From: a virus
Strand: one strand, 5' to 3'
Length of the DNA stretch: 64,000 bases
IMG/VR virus record: IMGVR_UViG_3300037852_000415
Coordinates: 1 to 64,000 of that record
Part shown: piece by piece, positions 20,329 to 28,774 of the stretch
Numbering within the stretch: position 1 is the first letter of the stretch
How the letters are laid out: each line of letters starts with the position of its first letter
Translations under genes and position numbers: made by a program
Notes under the pieces: model-generated
Seen by the model: only the letters and a program-made list of their open reading frames with translations
What the model was told of the DNA's origin: nothing
Databases searched by the model: none

Positions 20329-21783
20329 CTAGGTCGTATCTTCACCGTCGTCATCTGTGGCCTGGAGTTTACGAGTCTGGACTTTTGTTGAGGATGGTCG
20401 GCCGGAAGTGCCTTTTTCAGGCAGTTTTATCACCTGAGCTGCTTTGCCCCCCTCGGGGGCCGGCTTGGGTGGTCGAACGTACTCGTACCCGGCGTGCTCG
20501 CTCCCGATGTACACGCGGCGCCGTTCCCAGCCTAGTTTCCGCAGAATCGCGCTCACCCTCATGTGTTCGGCGCGCGTGATGCGGCTCGTATCGATCCCCA
20601 GGGGGCCGGTGAGGATGTCCTCCATTCGTACGCTTCTGCCGGGCGGCGAGAAGTGGTGTTCCTCCCCGAAGCGCTCCACGTCGAGCCCGAGCTTGAGGTA
20701 CCTCCCGATGAGAGGCTCCCAGGGGTCCAACTGGCGGCGCGCCTCCTGCTCCTTCTCGAATTCCGCGATGAGCGCCTTGTCGATAAGGTGCCACCGTTCC
20801 TTCTTCTTGTATCGTGCAACGGCTTCAGCCCAGAGCTGCTCCCTCTCCGCTTTCAGCGCTTTGATGTCGACGCGCGACACCTTGATAGGCCAGAAGCGCC
20901 GCCCCCCGGTGTCGTCCTTCAAGTACTCGTCGGCGTTCGTCGTCGCGGCAAACGCGCACCGCCGGGGGAAGTTTTCAGTAACTCTTCCGTAGCTCTTTCG
21001 GTACGTATCCTTCTGTGCGGTGATGTACGCCTTCGCTCTCGACAAGTCGCTTCGATTGAGGCTGTCCAACTCGGCGAGCTCGATGATCCACTTGCCGCGC
21101 AGAAGCTGAAAGCTGTCTTTGTTGCCGAGCTCGATGGATGTTTCGAGAAACCACTCCTCATCGGGGCAGAGCATACGCAGGAGGGTTGACTTACCAACGC
21201 CCTGAAGCCCCTCGAAGATGGGGACGGTGTCGACTTTGCACCCCGGCTCGTAGACGCGCGCCACGGCGGCGATGAGGAACTTCGCGCTGATGGCGCGGTT
21301 GACGGCGTTGTCGGTGGCGCCTGCAATGCGCACAAGCCAATCGTCAACTCTTCGCTTGTTATCCCAGCGAAGCTTCTCGAGCCACTCTTGGATGGGGTGG
21401 AAGCTGTTTTTCTTAGCGACGACAGATACCACCTCCTGCACCGTGCCGGGGGTGACACTGAGCGCGAAGGTACTGCGCGCGAGCCAGTTCGCGAGGCGCA
21501 CCGCATCGTCGTCACCCCACGGGGTGCCGAGTTGCTTACCTATGCGGTCTTCCGCGCACCACTGCGGCTCTTTGCGGAACATCACGCACCCCGCAAACTC
21601 GTCGAACGCGAGCACCCCCTTCCATGCCTCCTGGTGGCAGAGGATGATGCCTACATTGGCGCCGCAGCTTTTAGGGTACTCTCCGCTCTTCGCCTGCACC
21701 ATGACGAGAAGGTTCTGCCACCTGCCCGAAGGCTCTCTCGTGGGAGCCTTGGGCGTCTTGCCCGTCTTCGCCATCTGCACCAC
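20329..21783 (-). CDS. VapE (virulence-associated E)-family helicase ATPase with no primase domain
   Basis: FHPIQEWL..L.WD, PGCKVD, EGLQGVGKST, WIIELAEL, DDTGGRRFWPI. Confidence 0.9.
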   Translation of the reverse strand: MVQMAKTGKTPKAPTREPSGRWQNLLVMVQAKSGEYPKSCGANVGIILCHQEAWKGVLAFDEFAGCVMFRKEPQWCAEDRIGKQLGTPWGDDDAVRLANWLARSTFALSVTPGTVQEVVSVVAKKNSFHPIQEWLEKLRWDNKRRVDDWLVRIAGATDNAVNRAISAKFLIAAVARVYEPGCKVDTVPIFEGLQGVGKSTLLRMLCPDEEWFLETSIELGNKDSFQLLRGKWIIELAELDSLNRSDLSRAKAYITAQKDTYRKSYGRVTENFPRRCAFAATTNADEYLKDDTGGRRFWPIKVSRVDIKALKAEREQLWAEAVARYKKKERWHLIDKALIAEFEKEQEARRQLDPWEPLIGRYLKLGLDVERFGEEHHFSPPGRSVRMEDILTGPLGIDTSRITRAEHMRVSAILRKLGWERRRVYIGSEHAGYEYVRPPKPAPEGGKAAQVIKLPEKGTSGRPSSTKVQTRKLQATDDDGEDTT

Positions 21784-21800
21784 CTGCGAGTCGCGGAGTC

Positions 21801-21829
21801 TTGACGCGACCGTGAGTGAGATGTATACG
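21801..21829 (+). promoter_or_regulatory. Sigma70-like promoter for the rightward operon, divergent from VapE
   Basis: TTGACG-17 nt-TATACG. Confidence 0.5.
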
Positions 21830-23220
21830 TCTTTGGTGCAGGAGCCGCAAGGCTCGACAGCAGGTGGAAAGGGGAATCGGTTATGGCAGACGACATCAAG
21901 GTGGACGTCAGGACGAGTACGTCTTCAGCGAACTACAGAACGGTGCGCGTCACGAGCGACCACCGCACTATTGCGGTCACGAGCTACAACGGCGCTCTGC
22001 CGTACGTAACGCAGGAATCGCTGATGCTATCGATGGCAGACATTAGAAACTGGCCGGCTATCAGGGCCCTCGTCGACCGCGCGTTCGCCGAGTGGGAGAT
22101 TGCCTTCGCGGGGAAGCCGTGACTCGTGATCGCAAAGGTAGGCCGAGCCGCAAGGTTGTCGGCGACAACATCATCTACGTGCGCTTTGGCGAGCACGACG
22201 TAGAAGTGCGCGCTGGCTACGGCGAGAGCGTGCGTGTGCAAAACGCGATCGCACGCTGGCTCGACCAGCCTGTTTTTATCGAGAGGAAGCAGCGCGCGTG
22301 ATTCACTGGCTGCCTAAGGAGGCGCTCGATAGGGTGGTGCGCGAGCACCCACTGTTCGTAATCTGCATCCTTATCGCCGGGCTCTCGCTCGTGTCGTTTG
22401 CTGGCTGGATTCTCTGGAGCACGCCATGAAAGCGCTCTTGGTGCTTTCGTTGTTGCTACTTACATGTTGTGCGCAGACGGCGCGCGGCATCGTCGTCAGA
22501 GATGAGCAAGTCACTCGCTGCGACGGCTACGGACGTGAGGCGAACGCGTGCTGGTCTGGGCTCGTATGGGTGGGGCATGAAGTCGAGACCTGCGACTTGC
22601 GGCTGCCTCTTGCTGGCGCGCCTCGGTGGGAGAACTGCCGCGTTACTAGAACCGATAGGTGGGGCTTCACGACGACGCAATATGAAGACGGAGAGATAAG
22701 ATGACGGATGACGACATCAGGGCGCAGGCGCAGGCGGTGCGGGCACAACACCCTCGCGCCGCGGCTGCTATCGTGGAGCTCCTGCGTCAACGCGATGAGG
22801 CAAAAGAGATGCTGCGGCGAGAGACGGGCACGCTCGAGAAGATGGCTGAAGAGCATGTTGACGCGATGGCCGCACTAGAGATGAAAGTCGCGGGGGCGAC
22901 CGCGCCAGTCGACGCCTTGCGCGCGAAGCTGGCAGATGTCACACGCGTCGGTTCACTGCTCGCGAACGCCGCCTTCAACCTGAGTCAGAACGAAGAGCTC
23001 GCGGCGGAGATTACGGACCTACTGCGCAACCTGTCGAGAGAGTGGGATAGAGCCTTCGCGCGGGCCGCGGTCGCTATTGAGGCGAAGCCGTGAAGACGTG
23101 GCTCACCGAGGTATGGCGTCTACTCGAGGTTCTCGCCGGTGTCACGTTCGCCGTCACCGCGTTTCTCTTCTTCGTGTCCGTCATCTTCGCTATCTGGGAA
23201 CACCGCGAGCGAGACAAGCG

Positions 23221-24357
23221 ATGAGCGCCGACGTCGACAACCTCGACATGGTCGAAGTCAGGCCCACTATGTCGAAGACGGATGCGCTCTTAGCGTGTGC
23301 TTGGAGATGGGGCCGAAAAGCCCCCAGAGACCCCGGGGGCGAGCCTGCACGCTTCGGCACCGCCTGCCACGAGGTCTACGCCGCCATCGCGAGTAGTTCG
23401 CTCGACGGCAAAGAGCTTCGCGCCGCGTGCGTAGCGGCAGCGGATAGGCAGAAGGTGGATTGGAAAGAGGTGTACGGCCTCGTCACCGCCAGCTGGCCCG
23501 CATTCGAGAAGTGGATGTCTAGAGGCAATCCGTGGAAGAAGGACTTCCTCGACGCCGGCATGCTGAAGCTCGAGTACAGCGTCGCCTACGACGTCTTGAA
23601 GGGCAAGGCGAGGGAGTGCGAATCGCCCGATGAGGCAACGCACGAGTACCGCGATTGCGACTTCAACGAGCTCCCCGGCACCGCCGATATCGTCATGTGG
23701 CGCCGCAACGAATACCTCGTCGTGCTCGACTACAAGACCGGCGCCGACGTGCCGGAACCCTCGCAGTCGGGGCAGATGAAGAGCCTCGCTTTGGCGCTGA
23801 GCCTCATGTACAAGGCGCCCCTCGTCATCGTCGGCTTGATGCACGCGCCCCGAAGCGCTGGCGGGCTCCCATCAGTATATGCCGACACCCTCACCGAGAA
23901 AGACTTGAGGGCGCACCGCGCGGCGCTCAAGGATGCGTGGCTCCGACGCGGCACCTCGATGACGCCGGGGCAGTATTGTCAGTATTGCCCCTGCCTTACG
24001 ACGTGCCCCACGCAAAGCAGCATGCTCGTTGAGTTGAAACGCGGAAGTCAGGGATTGGCGCTTACCCCCGAGCGTGTCGGCGCCATCCACATGGCGCTCG
24101 CGCAGTACGACGCTCTGAAGGAGCAGCTACAAGCGCAGCTGAAAAGCTGGGTAGTGAAGAACGGCCCCGCGCCTCGCCCCGACGGCAAGCTCCTCGACAT
24201 CGTCGAGCGGCAGTACGAGACGCTCTCAAAAAGCTCCGTGACTAAGGCGCTAGGCGAAGTCGAAGGCGCGAAGGAACTAGAGCGCCTACGCAAAAAAGGG
24301 TGCCTCGTCACCAGCACGCGCGAGGAGCTGCGTGCCGAAGCGGAGAAGATGCGGTAA
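23221..24357 (+). CDS. PD-(D/E)XK (Cas4/RecB-like) exonuclease
   Basis: GTACH, PGTADIV, VLDYKTG, Q...A, CQYCPCLTTCP. Confidence 0.85.
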   Translation: MSADVDNLDMVEVRPTMSKTDALLACAWRWGRKAPRDPGGEPARFGTACHEVYAAIASSSLDGKELRAACVAAADRQKVDWKEVYGLVTASWPAFEKWMSRGNPWKKDFLDAGMLKLEYSVAYDVLKGKARECESPDEATHEYRDCDFNELPGTADIVMWRRNEYLVVLDYKTGADVPEPSQSGQMKSLALALSLMYKAPLVIVGLMHAPRSAGGLPSVYADTLTEKDLRAHRAALKDAWLRRGTSMTPGQYCQYCPCLTTCPTQSSMLVELKRGSQGLALTPERVGAIHMALAQYDALKEQLQAQLKSWVVKNGPAPRPDGKLLDIVERQYETLSKSSVTKALGEVEGAKELERLRKKGCLVTSTREELRAEAEKMR

Positions 24358-24366
24358 GGTACAGCT

Positions 24367-24705
24367 ATGAGGTGCCTCGCAGTCGCGCTGTTTCTCGTGG
24401 GCTGCGGCGCGTCGTACGAACTGCCAACTACCGATGCCGGCGCCGTCGCGGGGGCTGAGGCCGCCCCGTGGGCGACGGGTGACGCTGCATCGAAGCCGCC
24501 CCCGAACTACGGCGGTGGCGCTAACGAGAGAACCGCGTGCGGCTCCCAGGGATGCCCCCCACTGGCGCCGCACCAGGGTGTGCTCTCCCCGACAGACCCC
24601 GGTGACGAAGATAGCGCTGAAGGCGCGTACCCGTGCAGCCAGGACATGTACCAGCCGAATTGCGGATGGTCTCCTCCGCAGACCGTCCCAACTGAGTCTA
24701 AGTAG
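24367..24705 (+). CDS. Predicted lipoprotein
   Basis: MRCLAVALFLVGC lipobox. Confidence 0.6.
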   Translation: MRCLAVALFLVGCGASYELPTTDAGAVAGAEAAPWATGDAASKPPPNYGGGANERTACGSQGCPPLAPHQGVLSPTDPGDEDSAEGAYPCSQDMYQPNCGWSPPQTVPTESK

Positions 24706-24752
24706 TCGTCGGCGGTTGCGGCCATAATGGCTGAGGCTTAGCTTGCATCGTA

Positions 24753-25295
24753 ATGACAGCACGTCGTGCAGTGCGGGCGGCGTTCGGGGCAATGTGGATA
24801 GTACTCATAGGCGCCATCCTGCTGCTCTCGTGCGGCGCCTGCGCTGCGCAGAGGTACTACATCACGTCGGCTAGCTACCACACGTTTGGTTACAGCATCG
24901 ACGGGGCCTTCTCGGCGAGCGAGGTTGCCGACATCGACTCCGGCGTCAAGGCGTGGGTAGAAGCCTCACACGGGCATCTCGAGATGCACGAAGACCTCGC
25001 GATCTACTCCTACTTCCACTTCATGAAGCGCGCCGAGGGCACGATGGGGCGCTCCAAAGACGACAGCCGTGTAATCGTAGGTGAGTATCACTACGACACG
25101 GGCATCGTCAACGTTGTGCCGGGGCCCAGGACGCGTGCTATCGTCATCCACGAACTTGGTCACGCGTGGCGGTTAGACCACAACGATTGGGACAGAGACA
25201 GCTTCATGCAGAGCGATATCACCAACGTCAGCGCCCCGTTCGGGCCGGTCATGGAGGTAGACATCAAAGTCGCCTGCGGGGTGCTTGGATGCTGA
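24753..25295 (+). CDS. Exported matrixin/M10-like zinc metallopeptidase
   Basis: HELGHAWRLDH (HExxHxxxxxH) plus SFM Met-turn; hydrophobic N-terminus. Confidence 0.8.
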   Translation: MTARRAVRAAFGAMWIVLIGAILLLSCGACAAQRYYITSASYHTFGYSIDGAFSASEVADIDSGVKAWVEASHGHLEMHEDLAIYSYFHFMKRAEGTMGRSKDDSRVIVGEYHYDTGIVNVVPGPRTRAIVIHELGHAWRLDHNDWDRDSFMQSDITNVSAPFGPVMEVDIKVACGVLGC

Positions 25296-25902
25296 AGCCC
25301 CCCACTGACTTTCAGCGGCACTTCGTCGCGCGGGGGCGATGGTTTACTGCGTGCGCCTACGACGCCGGCACCTGCTGGGAGTACTACGCCAGCGAAGACG
25401 TAAAGCGCGGTACCTCGGGGGGCATCGTCGTCGGGCCCGTTACGAGTTTCGCTGCGCTTGTCGAAGCCGCCTCGGAAAGGTTGAAGCAACTCGATGGCTG
25501 ACAACGCGCGCGCTCTCGACGTCTTGAAGCAGCTCGTAGCGGCTCTCGCAGACGTCGAGCGGTGCCGCTTCTGCTGCGTCGCTGCCGACGAGGATTGCCA
25601 CAAGGATGCCTTCGATGCCGCCGTCAGGCGCGCGAAGGCGTTTCTGAAGAAGGAGCGCGAGGAGGCGCTGATGAAACCCTCATGATGCTCAAGTGGATTG
25701 TACTCGGCTACATGCTCCCCGGATGTCTCCTCATAGCAGGGCACGCAAAGCAGTGGCTGCGCGAGCTAGACGCCTGCATCGAAAAGTACGGGCGCTGGCC
25801 GGTGCTGCTCGCGCTCCCGTTCGATCTGCTGATTGACGTACTGCTCTGGCCCCGGGCTGCCTGGAAGCTCTGGTGCCTACGGCGCGTCGGCGGGAAGCTT
25901 CC

Positions 25903-26346
25903 GTGAGCCCCGCCTTTATCACGCTCCTCATGATGGCGCTCGGCGTCGACAAGGTCGGCTACGCCTCCAGCTTCGCCGCGGCGATTGCGCGAGTCGCAAG
26001 CGAAGACGCGCCGCCCTCAGGCTACAACCGCGAAGAGGGCGCCGCGATGCTAGTAGTTAGCCTCTACGAAGAGGGCCGCTTCTGCATCGGCGCTTCGTGT
26101 GGCAGGGGCGACAAGGGGAAGTCAGTGTGCAGCGGGCAGGTGAGGGCTTTCAACGAGGCGCATGCGCGACAACTCGAGCTGTCGCCGCTAGCGTGCGCTC
26201 GAGGCGCCTACGCCATCATCAGAGGAGGGGCTGCTATCTGCCCCGATGCGCCCTTGGCGCCGTACTGTGGGGGCTGCAACGCGCACCCAGCAAGGGAGAT
26301 GGCGGAGCGCCGATGGCGTAAGGCTGAGTGGCTTTTTGCCAACTAG
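25903..26346 (+). CDS. Lysozyme/SLT-like protein (divergent)
   Basis: LYEEGRF...GDKGKSVCSGQV resembles the ES-F...GD.G.S.GL.Q transglycosylase motif. Confidence 0.5.
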   Translation: MSPAFITLLMMALGVDKVGYASSFAAAIARVASEDAPPSGYNREEGAAMLVVSLYEEGRFCIGASCGRGDKGKSVCSGQVRAFNEAHARQLELSPLACARGAYAIIRGGAAICPDAPLAPYCGGCNAHPAREMAERRWRKAEWLFAN

Positions 26347-26366
26347 TGGCGTAAGATAACCCACGC

Positions 26367-26726
26367 ATGGCCGACTTCCTCCCCGACAGTCGCAGCCGAC
26401 GGCGCACCGGCGCCGTTAGAAGCTCAACCGGTACGCAAGTGCCCGTCTACTGCGCCAACTGCGGGCGCGAATGGGGCTTCGTGCCGGAGGACGCTATTAC
26501 TTTCGCCTTCGCGCTCTGTAACGAGTGCGCTGAAAAGCACGGTGACATCGCGCACACCTACAGCGAGCCGGATAGCGTTTTCTGGGAGCGGATTGCGAAT
26601 GCGCAGCTCGAAGAGGCGGGGCGCGCTTTCACCCCCCTCGAGTTGGTGCTCGCCGTCGAAGATACATCGAGCCCGCTAGCAAAGCTTGCAAATGAGTGGG
26701 CCGCCTACGTGAGAAGGAGCAGCTAG
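26367..26726 (+). CDS. Zn-finger protein
   Basis: CANC...CNEC. Confidence 0.7.
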   Translation: MADFLPDSRSRRRTGAVRSSTGTQVPVYCANCGREWGFVPEDAITFAFALCNECAEKHGDIAHTYSEPDSVFWERIANAQLEEAGRAFTPLELVLAVEDTSSPLAKLANEWAAYVRRSS

Positions 26727-26728
26727 AG

Positions 26729-26965
26729 ATGTCTACGGCAGCCAAAGCAGACACCCCCAAGTGCGACGTGCCGGGGTGCGGGCGCTACGCCTCATTCTGT
26801 ACCGACGGCACTGAGAAGGACATCGCCGTACGCGGCGGTGAGCCGTTGAATCGTAAGCCGCTCGTCAACATCAACGTGTGCGCAGCGCACTCGAATTGGC
26901 CGTTCTCCGACGATGCCAAGACGTGGGTTGCCGCCAACGCAGCCATCTACGAGAAGAGGAAGTAA
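26729..26965 (+). CDS. Small Cys/His protein
   Basis: CDVPGC...CAAH. Confidence 0.65.
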   Translation: MSTAAKADTPKCDVPGCGRYASFCTDGTEKDIAVRGGEPLNRKPLVNINVCAAHSNWPFSDDAKTWVAANAAIYEKRK

Positions 26966-26969
26966 GCCG

Positions 26970-27452
26970 ATGCCGCTCTTTTACACCGACGTCCCGGGCG
27001 CTACGCAGACGACCAACGCCGCCCCCAATACGCCCAACGACTGCTTCTTCATCGCCCCCGGCGCGACGCGCACGGTGTGGCTCAACGCCATCTACCCCAC
27101 AGGCCGCGGCGCAACGCTCACCTCCATCAGCGGTATCAGCTACCGCCTCGAGAAGTGGACGACGACGGCATCAAGCGGCGGCACCGCGATTACGCCCTCC
27201 CCGAACGACCCGGGGTACCAGGCTGCGAAGCACGCCGCCGGCTTCAGCGCCGCCACCGTCACCAGCGGCACCGGCGGGCCGACGCTGATGCTCTCTATCG
27301 GCAGCGGCACCACCTCACCTGGTAACTGGATTGCACCCACGCCCGACCAGGGGTACTCACTGCAGGCGGCGGCGACGCAGAGCCTCGACATCTTCAACGT
27401 CGCCGGTGCGGCGTCGCTCGTCTTCGAGATGAGCGTCGGCACTTGGGAGTAA
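26970..27452 (+). CDS. Putative small beta-sandwich (jelly-roll-like) structural protein
   Basis: T/G/A/S-rich, alternating beta pattern, terminal strand FEMSVGTWE; strong C-ending codon bias. Confidence 0.6.
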   Translation: MPLFYTDVPGATQTTNAAPNTPNDCFFIAPGATRTVWLNAIYPTGRGATLTSISGISYRLEKWTTTASSGGTAITPSPNDPGYQAAKHAAGFSAATVTSGTGGPTLMLSIGSGTTSPGNWIAPTPDQGYSLQAAATQSLDIFNVAGAASLVFEMSVGTWE

Positions 27453-27456
27453 GCGC

Positions 27457-27744
27457 ATGAACCAGCCGACGGCTAATTACGCATTCGATTTCATCTACGA
27501 TGGCGCGTCCGCCACAGTCGTAATAGATCTGCGCAAAGGGCCGGGGGTTTTCTCGCTCCCTAGCTTTACAGGCGCGCTGCCCCCAATGTTCTTCTCGCAG
27601 AACCCGATCAGCGTAGATAGAGCAGCCGTAAGCGACGTACCCACTACAGCATCTGTCGCTGGCGAGCTGTTGACCGTCGATATCCCCGCGGGTACGTCGG
27701 CTGGGCTAAACTACGCTACGGTATTTCTCTATTACACCTTCTAG
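27457..27744 (+). CDS. Hypothetical beta-rich protein
   Basis: In operon with flanking genes. Confidence 0.55.
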   Translation: MNQPTANYAFDFIYDGASATVVIDLRKGPGVFSLPSFTGALPPMFFSQNPISVDRAAVSDVPTTASVAGELLTVDIPAGTSAGLNYATVFLYYTF

Positions 27745-27753
27745 GCACGAACC

Positions 27754-28110
27754 ATGTCGGACGGTACTCTACTCAATCCAGTACAAGCTACAGGCGGCGA
27801 CCTCGTCAGTGACGAAGACATGACGGGGCAGGTGCGTCTATCTTCGTTGGTGCCGCAACTCGGCGCCGTCAACGCCTCCTACAAGATCGAGCGTACTAAG
27901 ATCGCCATCGGCGATTACGACACCGACCGCGGCGACATCTCGAGCGACGGCGGGCGCCCGCTGCCGGTGGAGACCTTCGTCGAGCGTCGACTTCAAGAAG
28001 AGCAGTACCTCCGCGCCACCGAGGCCCAATACGCCAAGTTGACGCGGCGTACTAGCGAGCGCCCGCCTACGCTGTTCTTCAGCCGCACTGGGCGCGAGGG
28101 GAGAATCTAA
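27754..28110 (+). CDS. Hypothetical structural protein
   Basis: In operon; TAATG overlap with the next gene. Confidence 0.6.
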   Translation: MSDGTLLNPVQATGGDLVSDEDMTGQVRLSSLVPQLGAVNASYKIERTKIAIGDYDTDRGDISSDGGRPLPVETFVERRLQEEQYLRATEAQYAKLTRRTSERPPTLFFSRTGREGRI

Positions 28111-28763
28111 TGCTATTCGAAGCCATCGTCCGAAGATTCCCGGCGCTGAAGACGCTCAGCGAGGCGACAGTCGGCGGGCGTCTTACTGGTCTACTCAGCC
28201 TAGCCGTTGCTCAAGTCGAAGACGAGTTCACCGAGATGACTCGTGCCGGTAGGCGCTTCAACGGCATCTTCGGGACTGTGGGTATCCAGTCGGTACAGGC
28301 AGTACCAACCACCGCTGCGGCGTGGGCTCTGTTCAACGCAGATAAGAATCGATCATATGTCATTGACTCCGTGACAACGTTTTTTCTGTCGGGCACTGCC
28401 GGTATCGGCGGTACGTTGGTGGGTATAGTGTCGCCCATCACCTCCACGATACCGGCAGCAGCCGCAACAGCGACGGTCGGTAACTGTAGCGCCAGCGGGT
28501 TGGTCAGTAAAGCTGCCCTCGCCGTCAACTACACACTCCCCACACCGTCTGGAATGATTCAGTGGGGCATTCTGCCGGGCTTCCAAGGGCAGACCACAGG
28601 TGTTGCGCCAGGGTTAGGGGGCGCCTACAGTGCCGACGTGCGCGGGCGTCTGATCATTCCGCCCGGAGATGTATTGGGGCTATCGCTCATCACCGTGGCC
28701 GGTACTACGCCGCTGTTCATCATGGGCGTCGCTTGGCACGAAGTAGAGCTAGATCTCGAGTAG
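28110..28763 (+). CDS. Putative jelly-roll-like structural protein
   Basis: LFN...SYVIDSV...GRLIIPPGDVLGL...GVAWHE beta-sandwich pattern. Confidence 0.6.
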   Translation: MLFEAIVRRFPALKTLSEATVGGRLTGLLSLAVAQVEDEFTEMTRAGRRFNGIFGTVGIQSVQAVPTTAAAWALFNADKNRSYVIDSVTTFFLSGTAGIGGTLVGIVSPITSTIPAAAATATVGNCSASGLVSKAALAVNYTLPTPSGMIQWGILPGFQGQTTGVAPGLGGAYSADVRGRLIIPPGDVLGLSLITVAGTTPLFIMGVAWHEVELDLE

Positions 28764-28774
28764 TCTGAGGCGCC

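Noticed and set aside
23221-24357. cas4 of a CRISPR system
   Set aside because: No other cas genes or array; typical stand-alone phage exonuclease
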